DNA from: Malacoraja senta
Taxonomy: Eukaryota
DNA length: 64,000 bases
Assembly (NCBI GenBank): GCA_038087875.1
Contig: CM075997.1
Coordinates: 4,590,001 to 4,654,000, forward strand
Direction: 5' to 3'
In this document: positions 11,894 through 24,650 of the stretch, piece by piece
How positions within the stretch are numbered: the stretch's first letter is position 1
How the letters are laid out: every line of letters begins with the position of its first letter
Translations under genes and position numbers: made by a program
Notes under the pieces: model-generated
Databases searched by the model: none
Seen by the model: only the letters and a program-made list of their open reading frames with translations
What the model was told of the DNA's origin: nothing

Positions 11894-12849
11894 TAACAAA
11901 AAAAAACAAACAAAAAAAATAGACATAGAAAATAGGTGCAGGAGTAGGCCATTCGGTCCTTCGAGCCTGCACCGCCATTCAATATGATCATGGCTGATCA
12001 TCCAACTCAGTATCCTGTACCTGCCTTCTCTCCATACCCCCTGTTCCCTTTAGCCACAAGGGCCACATCTAACTCCCTCTTAAATATAGCAACTCCCTCT
12101 TAAATATAGCAATCTTCACCCAAGGATCAAGGTTTCACTTGGACTCCAAGGTCCCTCTGCACATCAGTGGTATTAAGGGCCTTACCATGAACTGGAGGTG
12201 ACCAGAATTCTATTATTTTCCAGGTAGATATTTTTCCCTGGAAAAAAAGATGGATTTGGTTCGGAAGTCAAAATCTTAAATTGGAGGAAGGGTCATTTTG
12301 AACCGGTCAGTCAGGAACTTACAACGGTTGATCTGGAGAGATTGCATGCAAGGGCAACAGCGCAGCGGTAGAGATGCTGCCTCACAGCGCCAGAGACCCG
12401 GGTTCGATCCCGACTACGGGTGCCGTCTGTACGGAGTTTGTACGTTCTCCCCGTGACCTGCGTGGGTTTTCTCCGAGATCTTTGGATTTCCCCCCACACT
12501 CCAAAAGACGTACAGGTTTGTAGGTTAATTGGCTTGGTGTGATTGTAAAATAGTTTCTAGTGTGTGGAGGGTGGTGTTAATGTTTGGGGATCGCTGGTCG
12601 GTGCGGACTCGAAGGGCCTGTTGTCCTCCCTGGATCCCTAAGTAATGGGATGTGTCGGAAATAACTGCAGATGCTGGTTTAAATCGAGGATAGACACAAA
12701 ATGCTGGAGTAACTCAGCAGGAAAGGCAGCATCTCCGGAGAGCAGGAATGGGTGACGTTTCGGGTTGAGACCCTTCTGCCTCCCATTCCTTCTCTCCTGT
12801 GATGCTGCCTGTCCCGTTGAGTTACTCCAGCATTTTGTGTCTCTCTGAA

Positions 12850-13240
12850 GTAAAGGGGTGTCTGGCAATGGGGAGGCTTTCAAAAGCATGCGAGCAAGAA
12901 TTCAGGGAAGCATGTTCCTGTTAGTGTGAAGGCAGGGCTGGCAGGATTAGAGAACCTTGGCTGATGGAGGATATTAAGCTTCTGCTCTGGAAAGATGAGG
13001 GGAAATATATTTCAAGTACAGGCAGCTGAGATGGAATATATCCCTTGAGGAATATCAGGGATGTCAGAGTGTATTTAAGAATGAAACCGGGAGGGCCAAC
13101 TAGGCCCCTTCAGCAGATGAGATAAAGGTTCTATATTAAGTGTATAAAGGTAGCAAGTAGGGTTGTCTTAACATTCAGTGTGTGTGATCTACAGTGTGGA
13201 AATAAAGAAGACAGGTGAGGTCTTAAAACAATGCTTCTTA
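12850..13240 (+). mobile_element. Old, frameshifted CR1 ORF2 fragment (endonuclease-RT linker)
   Basis: Piecewise translation gives WEAFK...HVPV.VK...REPWLMEDI motifs. Confidence 0.5.
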
Positions 13241-13511
13241 CTGAGAAGTGTCTCGATCCAAAACGTCACCCATTCCTTCTCTCCAGAGATGCTGCCTGTC
13301 CCGCTGAGTTACTCCAGCATTTTGAATCCTACTTCTTGTCTGTATTTACTATGGGGAAGGGCACCAGAGGGTAATTTACAGAGAGGGCCAATTAAGCTGC
13401 AAACCCTGCAAGTCTTTGGGGTGTGGGGGGGAAGTCACGCGGGTCACAGGGAGAACGTGCAAACTCCACACACACAGGCCCGGGTCTCTGGTGGTGTGAG
13501 GCAGCGGCCCA

Positions 13512-13994
13512 CTACAAGGTTAATTCCCGGGATGGCGGGACTGTCATTTGCTGAGAGAATGAAGCAGCTGGGCTTGTACACTCTGGAGTTTAGAAGGATG
13601 AGAGGGTATCTCATCGAAACATATAAGATTGTTAAGGGCTTGGACACGCTAGAGGTAGGAAACATGTTCCCGATGTTGGGGGGAGTCCAGAACCAGGGGC
13701 CACAGTTTAAGAATAAGGGGTAAGCCATTTAGAACGGAGACGTGGAAACACTTTTTCTCACAGAGAGTGGTGAGTCTGTGGAATTCTCTGCCTCAGAGGG
13801 CGGTGGAGGCAGGTTCTCTGGATACTTTCAAGAGAGAGCTAGATAGGGCTCTTAAAAATAGTGGAGTCAGGGGATATGGGGAGAAGGCAGGAACGGGTAC
13901 TGATTGGGGATGATCAGCCATGATCACATCGAATGGCGGTGCTGGCTCGAAGGGCTGAATGGCCTACTCCTGCACCTATTGTCTATTGTCTATT
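13512..13994 (+). mobile_element. CR1/HER1-type LINE 3' fragment
   Basis: TRLIPGMAGLSFAERMKQLGLYTLEFRRMRG...; (TCTATTG)n tail. Confidence 0.85.
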
Positions 13995-14139
13995 GGCTCT
14001 ACCCGCTGCACCACCATGCCGCCTGGTTCACTGTTGTTGAACAACGATGTCTCAATGTCTCAGGGTTCAGAGGTGAATTTGAGCAAGGGCCGTCCCAACC
14101 TGGTGAAAGTTGCCATTGATGCAAAGCCTGTTTCATGCT

Positions 14140-14179
<40 letters not shown>

Positions 14180-14439
14180 TCTCTCTCCCCCCCCTCCCCT
14201 CTCTCCCTCTCTCCCTCCCCCTCTCCCACACTCTCCATCTCTCTCTGTAATGTTATATTTCCCGGTGACTATTCTTCCCCCCACATCTCTCTGCTTTCAT
14301 TCTCCGTGGCTTTAAAGGGTGACTAGCTGATGTTGCGGTGACGCTGGCCCTTTGGCCCATGTTGCCGGTGTGATACAGTCCACGGTGGGTTGCCAACATT
14401 CAGTTCTGGCAGTGTGGCCCCCTGGTTGTGTGTCTCCAG

Positions 14440-15375
14440 TGGCTGGGACATCTGTGGGCAATGGGCTCCTGGTCCACCTGGCCCTTGGTTCCGAATGTGG
14501 ATGATGGGCTCTTCATCCAGATATGGATACAAGGCTCTTGGTCCAGATGTGAGCCATGCCCCTTGGTCCAGATGCTGGTAGCGATTCGGTCCAGTTGCGC
14601 GTAAAGGCTCTTGGTCCAGATGTGGGTAATGGTTCCTTGGTCCAGATGTTGATAATGGGCCCTTGGTCCAGATGTGGATAAGGACCCTTGATCCAGATGT
14701 GGATATGGGCCCTTGGTCCCGATGTGGATAAAGGCTGAGTCCAGTTGTGCGTAAAGTCTCTCAGCTCAGATGTTGATAACAGGTGCTTGGTCCAGATGTT
14801 GATAACAGGTGCTTGGTCCAGATGGAGTAAGGCTCAGTCCAGATGTGTGTACAAGCTCATGGTTCAGATATGAGTAAAGGTTCTTGGGACATATGTGGGT
14901 AACAGGCTCTTGGCCCAGATGTGTTGTGTCTAAGCTCTCTCCAGATGTGGAATACAGGCTCTTAGCCCTGGTGCGGCTCTAGGCTTGGTCCAGATGTGGG
15001 ATTAGGCTTGGTCCAGATGTTGGTCTCTCCCAGATGTGGGTTTCAGACTCACATCCCAGATGTGGGTCTAGGCTCTCCAGATGTGGTAAAGGCTCTTGAC
15101 ACAGATGTGGGTGAAGGCTCCCGTGCCAAATGTGCTTAATCAGCTTGTGGTCCATATATGGGTAACGAGCCAGGGTCCCAACATGGGATTGGTGTCCAGC
15201 TGTGGGTATGGGCTCATGGTGTCCAGTTGGATCCAGATGTGGACATTGGGCTACTGATGTCCAGTTATCCACTGGTGTTCAGATGTAGGTGGTGGGCAAT
15301 TGGTGTCCAGAGGTGGTTCTCAGGCTCACGAGGTCCAGGTGCCAGCTGCTGTCCAGATGTGGACTACAGGCTCTG
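14440..15375 (+). repeat. Degenerate 23-26 bp minisatellite (core GGTCCAGATGTGG), full copy
   Basis: Roughly 35 units with a conserved CCAGATGT core, decaying toward both ends. Confidence 0.9.
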
Positions 15376-18369
15376 GGCACTTTGCATTTGAAGACGCTGA
15401 ATAATTGGGGAAAGACAATAAATGGTCGGCAGAGTGGAGCAATCCTGAGGCAGAGACAGGTGGGGGGAGTGGAGACGGGCACAGTGGTGCAGTGGGTAGA
15501 GCCGTTGCCTCAGAGCACCGGAGACCTGGGTTCAATCCTGACCTCGGGTGCTGTCTATGTGGAGTTTGCACGTTCGTTCGGTGTTTCCTCCGACATCGCA
15601 AGTCTGTACGTTAATTGGCCCTCTGTAAAACAAAAAAATGCCGCCATCGTGTAAGCAGCAGATGAGTAGACAATAGACAATAGACAATAGGTGCAGGAGT
15701 AGGCCATTCGGCCCTTCGAGCCAGCACCGCCATTCAATGTGATCATGGCTGATCATCCCCAATCAGTACCCCGTTCCTGCCTTCTCCCCATATCCCCTGA
15801 CTCCGCTATCTTTAAGAGCCCTATCTAGCTCTCTCTTGAAAGCATCCAGTGAACCGGCCTCCACCGCCCTCTGAGGCAGAGAATTCCACAGACTCACCAC
15901 TCTCTGTGAGAAAAAGTGTTAAGAGTAAGTGGGACAACATAGAACTAGTGCCAGCGGGTGATCGATGGGCCGAAGGGCCTGCTTCCGCGTGCTGGGTCTC
16001 CAAAAAGGAAAAATGTTCCCGACGTTGGGGGAGTCCAGAACCAGGGGTCATAGTTTAACAATAAGGAGTCGGCCATTTAGGACTGAGATGAGGAAAAACC
16101 TTTTCACCCCAGAGAGTTGTGAATTCTCTGCCACAGAAGGCAGTGGAGGCCAATTCACTGGAAGTTTTCAAGAGAGAGTTAGATTTAGCTCTTAGGGCTA
16201 ACGGAATCAAGGGATATGGGGAGAAAGCAGGAACGGGGTACGGATTTCGGATGATCAGCCATGATCATATTGAATGGCGATGCTGGCTTGAAGGGCCGAA
16301 TGGCCTCCTCCTGCGCCTATTTTTCAATGTTTTACCATGTTCTAATTAAAAACCACACAGGCGGGGGAGGCAGAAAATAAAGAAGAGGGAGAGATGAAAT
16401 TTAAAGGAGAGAGAAAGAGAGAGAGAGAGTGGTGAAGAGAACGAGAGAGAACAGGGACACGCTGCCCGATTTATTATACATCAGCTTCCGTCAGTACAAT
16501 TACAGCGAGCGATTTGGCCATCCTCCACATCGCTGATGCATATTACCGAGCAATTGAACGCTGCTCCCTGTGCCTAATGCCTGAATTTTAATATTTGCCT
16601 TAGGGCGAGGTTGGAAGTGAGCTCGGGGCTGCTCAGAAACTCCTCGAAGGCTTGTACTTTGCCTGGGATTTTGCAGCCCGGCATAAATTAGTTTTCATGC
16701 CGAGAGATCTCCGTAGCGATGAATTATTGAGCTTGCTCATGTAAATTAGACCGTGCATGATAGGGGTGCGGGGGGGGGGGGGGGGTGGGGGGGCTGCAAG
16801 GGGAGGGTGCATTTGTTGCAGGATGGAATTGTTGAAAAAAATAAAAGAATTGGTTTTTAGTTTAGTTCCGTTTAGTTCCGTTTAGAGATACAGCGCGGAA
16901 ACTGGCCCTTCGGCCCACCGGGTCCGTGCCGGCCAGTGATCCCTGCACACACTAACACTACCCGACATGCCAAGCCGATTAGCCTACAAACCTGCACGTC
17001 TTTGGAGTGTGGGCGGAAACCGAAGATCTCACAAATGTACCATACATAGCCATTCAAGCCAAACTCAAGCAAAGGGGAAGGTACAGAGTGCAGAATGTAG
17101 TTCTCAGCATTGTAGCTCATCAGTTCCAGAGACAAAGTCCAATGTCCGCAGTGGGGTGGAGGTGAATCGGACAGTACCCTGGCTTATGGAAGGACCGTTC
17201 AGAAGCCTGATAATGTCTAATGTCTAGTTATGGGGATAACTTCTTCAAAGTTATCCCAGTTCATGTTCATAAGCGATCGGAGCAGCATTAGGCCATTCAG
17301 CCCATCTATTCTGACACTTTGAATACTCTGCCATGCAATCATGGCGGATCTAGCTTTCCCTCTCAACCCCTATTCTTCTGCCTTCTCCCCCAAACCCCTG
17401 ACATCTGTAGTAATCAAGAATCTATCTGCCATAAAAATATCCATTGACTTGGCCTCCTCAGCCGTCTGTGGCAAAGAATTCCACAGATTCACCACCCACT
17501 GACTAAAGAAATTCCTCCTCATCTCCTTTCCAAAGGAACGTACTTTAATTCTGAGGCTGTGACCTCTGGTCCTAGACTCTCCCACTAGTGGAAACATCCT
17601 CCCCACATCCACTCTATCCAAGCCCGCTGAGTTACTCCGGCATTTTGTGTCTATCTTTGGTTTAAACGAGCACCTGCAGTTCCTTTGTGTAAGAAATAAG
17701 AAAACTGCAGATGCCGGTTGAAATCGAAGGTAGACACAAAATGCTGGAGTAACTCAGCGGGACAGGCAGCTTCCCTGGAGAGAAGGAATGGGTTACGTTT
17801 CGGGTCGAGACCCTTCTTCAGTCTACCTGCAGTTCCTTCATACAAAAACCAACCTCCCTTCCATTGACTCCATCTACACCTCACGCTGCCTCGGCAAGGC
17901 CAGCAGCATAATCAAGGACCAGTCGCACCCTGGTCACTCCTTCTTCTCCCCTCTCCCATCGGGCAAAAGGCATTGGTGTGTGAAAATGTTTACATGGGCC
18001 TATTTTCCAGGCCTTTCACTATTCACACGACCAGTGTTGTCTGACAACAGTGTCTATCACTAAAGGTAGACACAAAATGCTGGACTAACTCAGCGGGTCA
18101 GGCAGCATCTTTGGGGAAAAAGGATGGGTGACGTTTCTGGTCCGAACCCTTCTTCAGATTGGAAGTCGAGGGGGTGGGGAACTAGGTAGGACAAGGACAG
18201 AATAAACCAGGGCTGGCAGCAGATTACCAAGGGAGGGTGAAGCCCATCAAATGCCCATTGTTATCACCTTTCATGGTCATCAATAAAATTGCAGATACCT
18301 GTAAATATGCAATAACCCCCAAATTACTGGAAAAACTCAGCAGGTTTGGCAGCATCTGTGGAGGCAGCG

Positions 18370-18845
18370 AATTGTGGACGCAGCCCAGACCATCACCCAA
18401 ACCAACCTCCCTCCCATTGACTCCATTTACACCACGCGCTGCCTCGGCAAGGCCAGCAGCATAAACACGCACCCCGGCCACTCCCTCTTCTCCCCTCTCC
18501 CATCGGGCAAAAGGTACAGAAGTGTGAAAACGCACACCTCCAGATTCAGGGACAGTTTCTTCCCAGCTGTTATCAGGCAACTGAACCATCCTACCACAAC
18601 CAGAGAGCGGTCCTGAACTACTATCTACCTCATTGGTGACCCTCGGACTATCTTTAATCGGACTTTACTGGCTTTACCTTGCACTAAACGCTATTCCCTC
18701 TATCATGTATCTATACACTGTGGACGGCTCGATTGTAATCATGTATTGTCTTGCCGCTGACTGGTTAGCACGCAACAAAAGCTTTTCACTGTACTTCGAT
18801 TCACTGTACCTTAGTATGAAAATAGGTTAAACTGAACTGAACTGA
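18370..18845 (+). mobile_element. Rex1/Babar LINE 3' end (family 1)
   Basis: DAAQTITQTNLPPIDSIYTTRCLGKASSI...HPGHSLFSPLPSGKRYRSVKTHTSRFRDSFFPAVIRQLN; tail aaactgaactga. Confidence 0.8.
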
Positions 18846-20154
18846 GGTAGAAAGTGCTTCTACTTGTGCTTAAAACCTTTGCTTGATGTACTGAGAAAAA
18901 AGTGGGAGAGTCTAGGACTAGAGGTCATAGCCTCAGAATTAAAGGACATTCCTTTGGGAAGATGAGGAAGAATGTATTTAGCCAGAGGGTGGTGAATCTG
19001 TGGAACTCATTGCCACAGAAGGCTATTGAGGCCGTCAATGGATATTTTTAAGGCAGAGATAGATTGATTCTTGTTTAGTGCGGGTGTCAGGGGTTATGGG
19101 GAGAAGGCAGGAGAATGGGGTTAGGAGGGAGAGATAGATCAGCCATGATTGAATGGCGGAGTAGACTTGATGGGCTGAATGGACTAATTCTGCTCCGATC
19201 ACTTATGAACCTATAAATATGGATGGATTGGTTTTTGGTCGGACTGATACAAAATGGTGTCCATATATCCCACAGAAAGACAGGCCTAGCTTAGGCCATA
19301 TGAGTTCCTGTGGGCACATCTTTGATCTGGAGCAAGTGAAAAGAGTTGAAGAAGAAGTTATTCAAATCTGAAATGGCATCTAATTCGGAGGTTTAGTTAA
19401 GTTTAGTATGGAAACAGGCCCTTCGGCCCACCGAGTCCGTGCCAACCAGCGATCCCCGCACACTAACACTATCCTACACACACACACTAGGGACAATTTA
19501 CAATTTACAATTTTACCGAAACGAAACAAAGTACGTCTTTGTAGTGTGGGAGGGAACCGGAGTCAGGTCTCTGGCGCTGTAAACCAGCAGCTCCACCTGC
19601 TGCGTCACTGTGCCGCCCTTTAGATCCGTGATTGGAAGCAGCAACTTGGAACTTATTGAAGTGAAAGAGGGCATCTAAAGTGTCATGGAAGTACGTGGGA
19701 AGGGGTTGGAAGTGATTATCTTTAGTTACTGTAGACGTTGGCCTCTTCAGTTTAGGTTAGGATAGAGATACAGCGCGGAAACAGATCCTTCGGCCCACCG
19801 AGTCCACACGGACCAGCGATCAGCCCACACACTGGCACTATCCCACACACACTCGGGACAATATTTACAGAAGCCAATTAACCTCCTAACCTGCACGTCT
19901 TTGAAATGTGGGTTGAAGTCCGGAGCACCCGGAGAAACCCACGCAGGTCACGGGGAGAACATGCAAACTCCGTACAGACAGCACCCATGTTCAGGATCGA
20001 ACCCGGGTCTCTGGCGCTGTCAGGGAGCAACTCTACCGCTGCGCCACCGTGCCACCCTAATACGTTGGCGCTGAGAGGCAGCAGCTCTACCCGCCGCGCC
20101 ACTGAGAGTGCGGCACATTTCAGCGTGTGGGCAATGTATTGTGCGGCAAACTGA

Positions 20155-20474
20155 TAGCCCTGTCCCACGGTACGAGTTCATTCCAAGAGTTCTCCCGAGT
20201 TTGCCCTGATTCGAACTCGAAGATTTACGGTAATGGCCGCTCGTCGGTACTCGGGGCTCTCGTGGACATTTTTCATCATGTTGAAAAATCTTCACGAATC
20301 TTCCCGTGCTTACCTGCCGTTAGCGAGTCTTCCCGAGTACCTGCCGTTAGCGCTAAGAGACGTCCCCGAGCTCCGACGTACCCGCTACGTTCATTCTCCG
20401 TGCTTACCACGAGTTTGATTTTTTTTAAACTCGGGAGAGCTCTTGGAATGAACTCGCACCGTGGGACAGGGGTT
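20155..20474. mobile_element. PIF/Harbinger-type MITE, family A
   Basis: ~35-bp TIR TAGCCCTGTCCCACGGT.CGAGTTCATTCCAAGAG; flanks TGA/TCA. Truncated relatives at about 37994-38090 and 51127-51437. Confidence 0.75.
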
Positions 20475-20485
20475 TCACAGTCCAG

Positions 20486-20723
20486 CAATGGACACAGAAG
20501 CTGGAGTAACTCAGCGGGTCAGGCAGCATCTCTGGAGAAAGGGAATAGGTGATGTTTCTGGTCCAGACCCTTCTTCAGAAGAAGAGTCTGAAGAAGGGTC
20601 TGGACCGGAAACGTCACCTATTCCCTTTCTCCAGAGATGCTGCCTGTCCCGCTGAATTACTCCAGCTTTTTGTGTCTATCTTCGGTTTTTAAACCAGCAT
20701 CTGCAGTTCCTTCCCACACACTA
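20486..20723. mobile_element. Fold-back Penelope-derived element with hammerhead motifs on both strands
   Basis: Centre gacccttcttcagaagaagagtctgaagaagggtc; TSD-like ACAGTCCAG at 20477-20485 and 20724-20732. Confidence 0.8.
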
Positions 20724-21130
20724 ACAGTCCAGGCATCTGAGTCCAAATCCCACGTGGCACATTCAGATTAATAAATAATTAATAGTGAATGTTGACCTCA
20801 ATATTTCTTCAGGGAAGGAAAGTCACCTTCCTCAGCCCGGTTTGGCCTAATTGTGATTGGAAAGGAACTGCAGATGCTGGTTTACACCAACTCGGCGATA
20901 TGAACGTTGATTTATCTCTCTTCTAATAACTCCTGTATTCCCTCTCTCTACATCCCCTCCTCCCCCTCCTCCCCCCCCCCCCCCCCCCGGCTTCCGACTA
21001 GTTCCACTATTCGCATCCTTAGATCATAGAAACATAGAAACATAGACAATAGGTGCAGGAGTAGGCCATTCAGCACTTCGAGCCAGCACCGCCATTCAAT
21101 GTGATGATGGATGATCATCCAGAATCAGTA

Positions 21131-21314
21131 TTTAAGAAGGAACTGCAGATGCTGGAAAATCGAAGGTACACAAAAAAGCTGGAGTAACTCAGCGGGTGCA
21201 GCAGCATCTATGGAGCGAAGGTAATAGGCAACGTTTCGGGCTGAAACGTTGCCTATTTCCTTCGCTCCATAGATGCTGCTGCACCCGCTGAGTTTCTCCA
21301 GCTTTTTTGTGTAC
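21131..21314. mobile_element. Fold-back Penelope-derived element with 15-bp TSD, inside a CR1 3' UTR
   Basis: Palindrome centred on aacgtttcgggctgaaacgtt; CATCCAGAATCAGTA at 21116-21130 and 21315-21329. Confidence 0.85.
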
Positions 21315-21699
21315 CATCCAGAATCAGTACCCCGTTCCTGCTTTCTCCCCATATCCCTTGATTCCGTTAGCCCTAAGAGCTAAATCTAACTCTCTCTTGA
21401 AAACATCCAGTGAATTGGCCTCCACTGCCTTCTGTGGCAGAGAATCCCACAGATTCACAACTCTCTGGGTGAAAAAGTTTTTCCTCATCTCAGTCCTAAA
21501 TGGCCGACCCCTTATTCTTTCGATATCCCTTCGTTATCACCTCTTCCCCAGCCAACAATGGACCATTGTGGGCTCCGCCCTTCCTTGGTCATCTGTTGCT
21601 GGCCCTGCTTTGTTCTGGCCTTTATTTACCCCCAGTTCCTCCCCCCTCACTCTACTTTCAGTCTGAAGGGTCCCGACCAGAAACGTCACCCATACTTTT

Positions 21700-22140
21700 G
21701 CAGAGAATTGTGGACGCAGCCCAGACCATCGCACAACCCGACCTCCCTTCCATTGACTCCATTTACACCTCACGCTGCCTCGGCAAGGCCAGCAGCATCA
21801 TCAAGGACGAGTCTCACCCCGGCCACTCCCTCTTCTCCCCTCTCCCATTGGACAAAAGGTACAGAAGTGTGAAAACGCACACCTCCAGATTCAGAGACAG
21901 TTTCTTCCCAGCTGTTATCAGGCAACTGAACCATCCTACCACAACCAGAGAGCAGTCCTGAACTACTATCTACCTCATTGGTGACCCTCGGACTATCTTT
22001 GATCAGACTTTTCTGGCTTTACCTTGCACTAAATGGCTCGATTGTAATCATGTATTGTCTTTCCGCTGAGTGGATAACACACAACAACAGCTTTTCACTG
22101 GACCTCGGTACACGTGACAATAAACTAGACTGAACTGAAA
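21700..22140 (+). mobile_element. Rex1/Babar LINE 3' end (family 1)
   Basis: LQRIVDAAQTIAQPDLPSIDSIYTSRCLGKASSIIKDESHPGHSLFSPLP...RFRDSFFPAVIRQLN. Confidence 0.8.
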
Positions 22141-23556
22141 CTTTTTCTCCAGAGATGGTGCCTGATCCGCTGAGTTACTCCAGCATTTTGTGTCCACCTT
22201 CAGCGGAAAGACAATACATGATGACAATCGAGCCGTCCACAGTGTACAGATACATGATAAGGGAATAACGTTCAGTGCAAGGTAAAGCCCAGCAAAGTCT
22301 CCAAAGAGGTAGATGGGAGATCAGGACCGCTCTCTAGTTGGTGGTAGGATGGTTCAGTTGCCTGATAACAGCTGGGAAGAAACTGTCCCTGAATCTGGAG
22401 GTGTGCGTTTTCACACTTCTGTACCTTTTGCCCGATGGGAGAGCGGAGAAGAGGGAGTGGCCGTGGTGCGTGTTTGTGCTGCTGGCCTTGCCAAGGCAGC
22501 GTGAGGTGTAGATGGAGTCAATGCAAGGGAGGCTGGTTTGTGTGATGGTCTGGGCTGCGTCCACAATTCGCTGCTTCCACAGATGCTGCCCAACCTGCTG
22601 GGTTTTTCCATTAATTTTTGGTTTATTGCATATTTACAGGTATCTGCAATTTTATTGATGACAATGAAGGGTGATAATAATGGGGATTTTATGGGTTCCA
22701 CCCTTCCTTGGTCACCTGGTTTATTCTGTCCTTGTCCTACCTAGTTCCCCACCCCCCTCGACTTCCAATCTGAAACATAGAAAATAGGTGCAGGAGGAAG
22801 CCATTCGAGCCATTCATTGCGATCATGGCTTATCGTCCCCAATCAATTGGCGAATAGGATCTTTGGCGAATAGGAGTCTGGAGTCTGGCCTTCTCGATAG
22901 AACAGACCTCACACAAGGGTCCTTAACCCCGTGGGGCCAGGGGAAGAAGTTGAAGATGAGGAAAAGGCATTGATGGTGTTGTTATACAGAGCGAGCAGTG
23001 TGATCGGTTATTGAGGGAGTCCTTGGACGGTGTCTAACTGGGCCGGCAGATATAATGGGCCCACATTGTGCAGCAGAAGGAGGCACTTAAATATAATCTA
23101 TACAATTGTACAATGTTGTACGGCAACAAAGACCCATGTGTGTGTCTGGGTGGGTCTTGTGGTTACTTGAGATGTTTACGAAGAGGCGAACAACCTCGCT
23201 GTAGAAGGAGAAGGGTGGAGAGGGAAGTGATGGGGTGAGCGGGGGGGAGGAGCGGTAGGGGGGCTTTGCTCAGGTCAGGCAGGGGCAATGGGAGTGGCCA
23301 ATGTGGAGAGGGGGCGGTGGAGGACATGGTTGGGGGGAATGGGGCCAGAAGGGTGGGATAGAGGGGGGTGAGTTTAAGGTAAAGCCAGTAAAGTCCGATC
23401 AAGGAGAGTCCGAGAGTCACCAATGCAGTAGATAGTAGCTCAGGACTGCTCTCTGGTTGTGGTGGGATGGTTCAGTTGCCAAGAGAGGGTGAATCAAGAC
23501 CTGATGACCATGAAGGCTTTGGAGGCCAAGTCAATGGATATTTTTAAGACAGAGAT

Positions 23557-24105
23557 AGACAATAGACAATAGGTGCAGGAGTAGGCCAATTAGCCCATTT
23601 GATCAAAGAGATCATGGCTGATCATCCACAATCAGTACCCCGCTCCTGCCTTCTCCCCATATCCCCTGACTCCGCTATCTTTAAGAGTCCTATCTAGCTC
23701 TTTCTTGAAAGTATCCAGAGAACCGACCTCCACCGCCCTCTGAGGCAAAGAATTCCACAGACTCACAACTCTCTGTGGGAAAAAGTGTTTCCTCGTCTCC
23801 GTTCTAAATGGCTTACCCCTTATTCTTAAACTGTGGCCCCTGATTCTGGACTCCCCCAACATCGGGAACATGTTTCCTGCCTCTAGCGTGTCCAAGCCCT
23901 TAAAAATCTTATGTTTCAATAAGATACCCTCTCATCCTTCTAAATTCCAGAGTATACAAGCCCAGCCACTCCATTCTCTTAGCATATGACAGTCCCGCCA
24001 TCCTGGGAATTAACCTTGTAAACCTATTTGGAGACCAAAACTGCACACAATACTCCAGGTGTGGTCTCACTAGGGCCCTGTACAACTGCAGAAGGACCTC
24101 TTTGC
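23557..24105 (-). mobile_element. CR1/HER1-type LINE 3' fragment with an internal deletion
   Basis: ORF 23632..23919 (-) and upstream LYRALVRPHLEYCVQFW-coding sequence. Confidence 0.85.
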
Positions 24106-24222
24106 TTAGATAGATAGATTTGTGATTAGTACGGATGTCAGGGGTTTCGGGGAGAAGGCAGGAGAATGGGGTTAAGAGGGAAGGATAGATCAGCCATGAT
24201 TGAATGGTGGAGTAGACTTGAT

Positions 24223-24650
24223 TGGATCAACAAACTCATCAGGAAGGCCGGCTCCGACCTGGGGGCGGAGTTGGAGTTGGAGTTGGATTCACGGGAGGTT
24301 GGTCTTGGAGGGGAGGATGCTCCTCAAACTGCGGAGCATCCTGGACAATACAGCTCACATCCCCTCCATGACACACACTGGTCAACCTGAGGAGCACCTT
24401 CAGCAACAGACTGGTTCCACCAAGATGCAGCACAGAATGCCACAGGAGATCCTTCTTCCCTGTGGCTATCAAACTGTACAACTCCTCCCCATTCTGTCGT
24501 GGGGTAGACTGACTCCCACCCCCCCCCTCCCCAATCTTTGCACGTCCCCCAATCCTTTCCACTTGTCACTTTAATTTTGTGTATCGTGTGCTTTATGACT
24601 TTCGGCAGATCAATTTCCCTCCTGGGATAAATAACGTACTATCGTATCGT
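24223..24650 (+). mobile_element. Rex1/Babar LINE 3' end (family 3)
   Basis: Frameshifted NKLIRKAGS.LG...RMLLKLRSILDNTAH...PRCSTECHRRSFFPVAIKLYNSS; a relative on the minus strand at about 63015-63265. Confidence 0.75.

Noticed and set aside
14440..15375. CRISPR-like array (constant core with variable spacers)
   Set aside because: Vertebrate context, linkers of only 10-14 bp that resemble each other, a degenerate repeat and no cas genes; it is a minisatellite.
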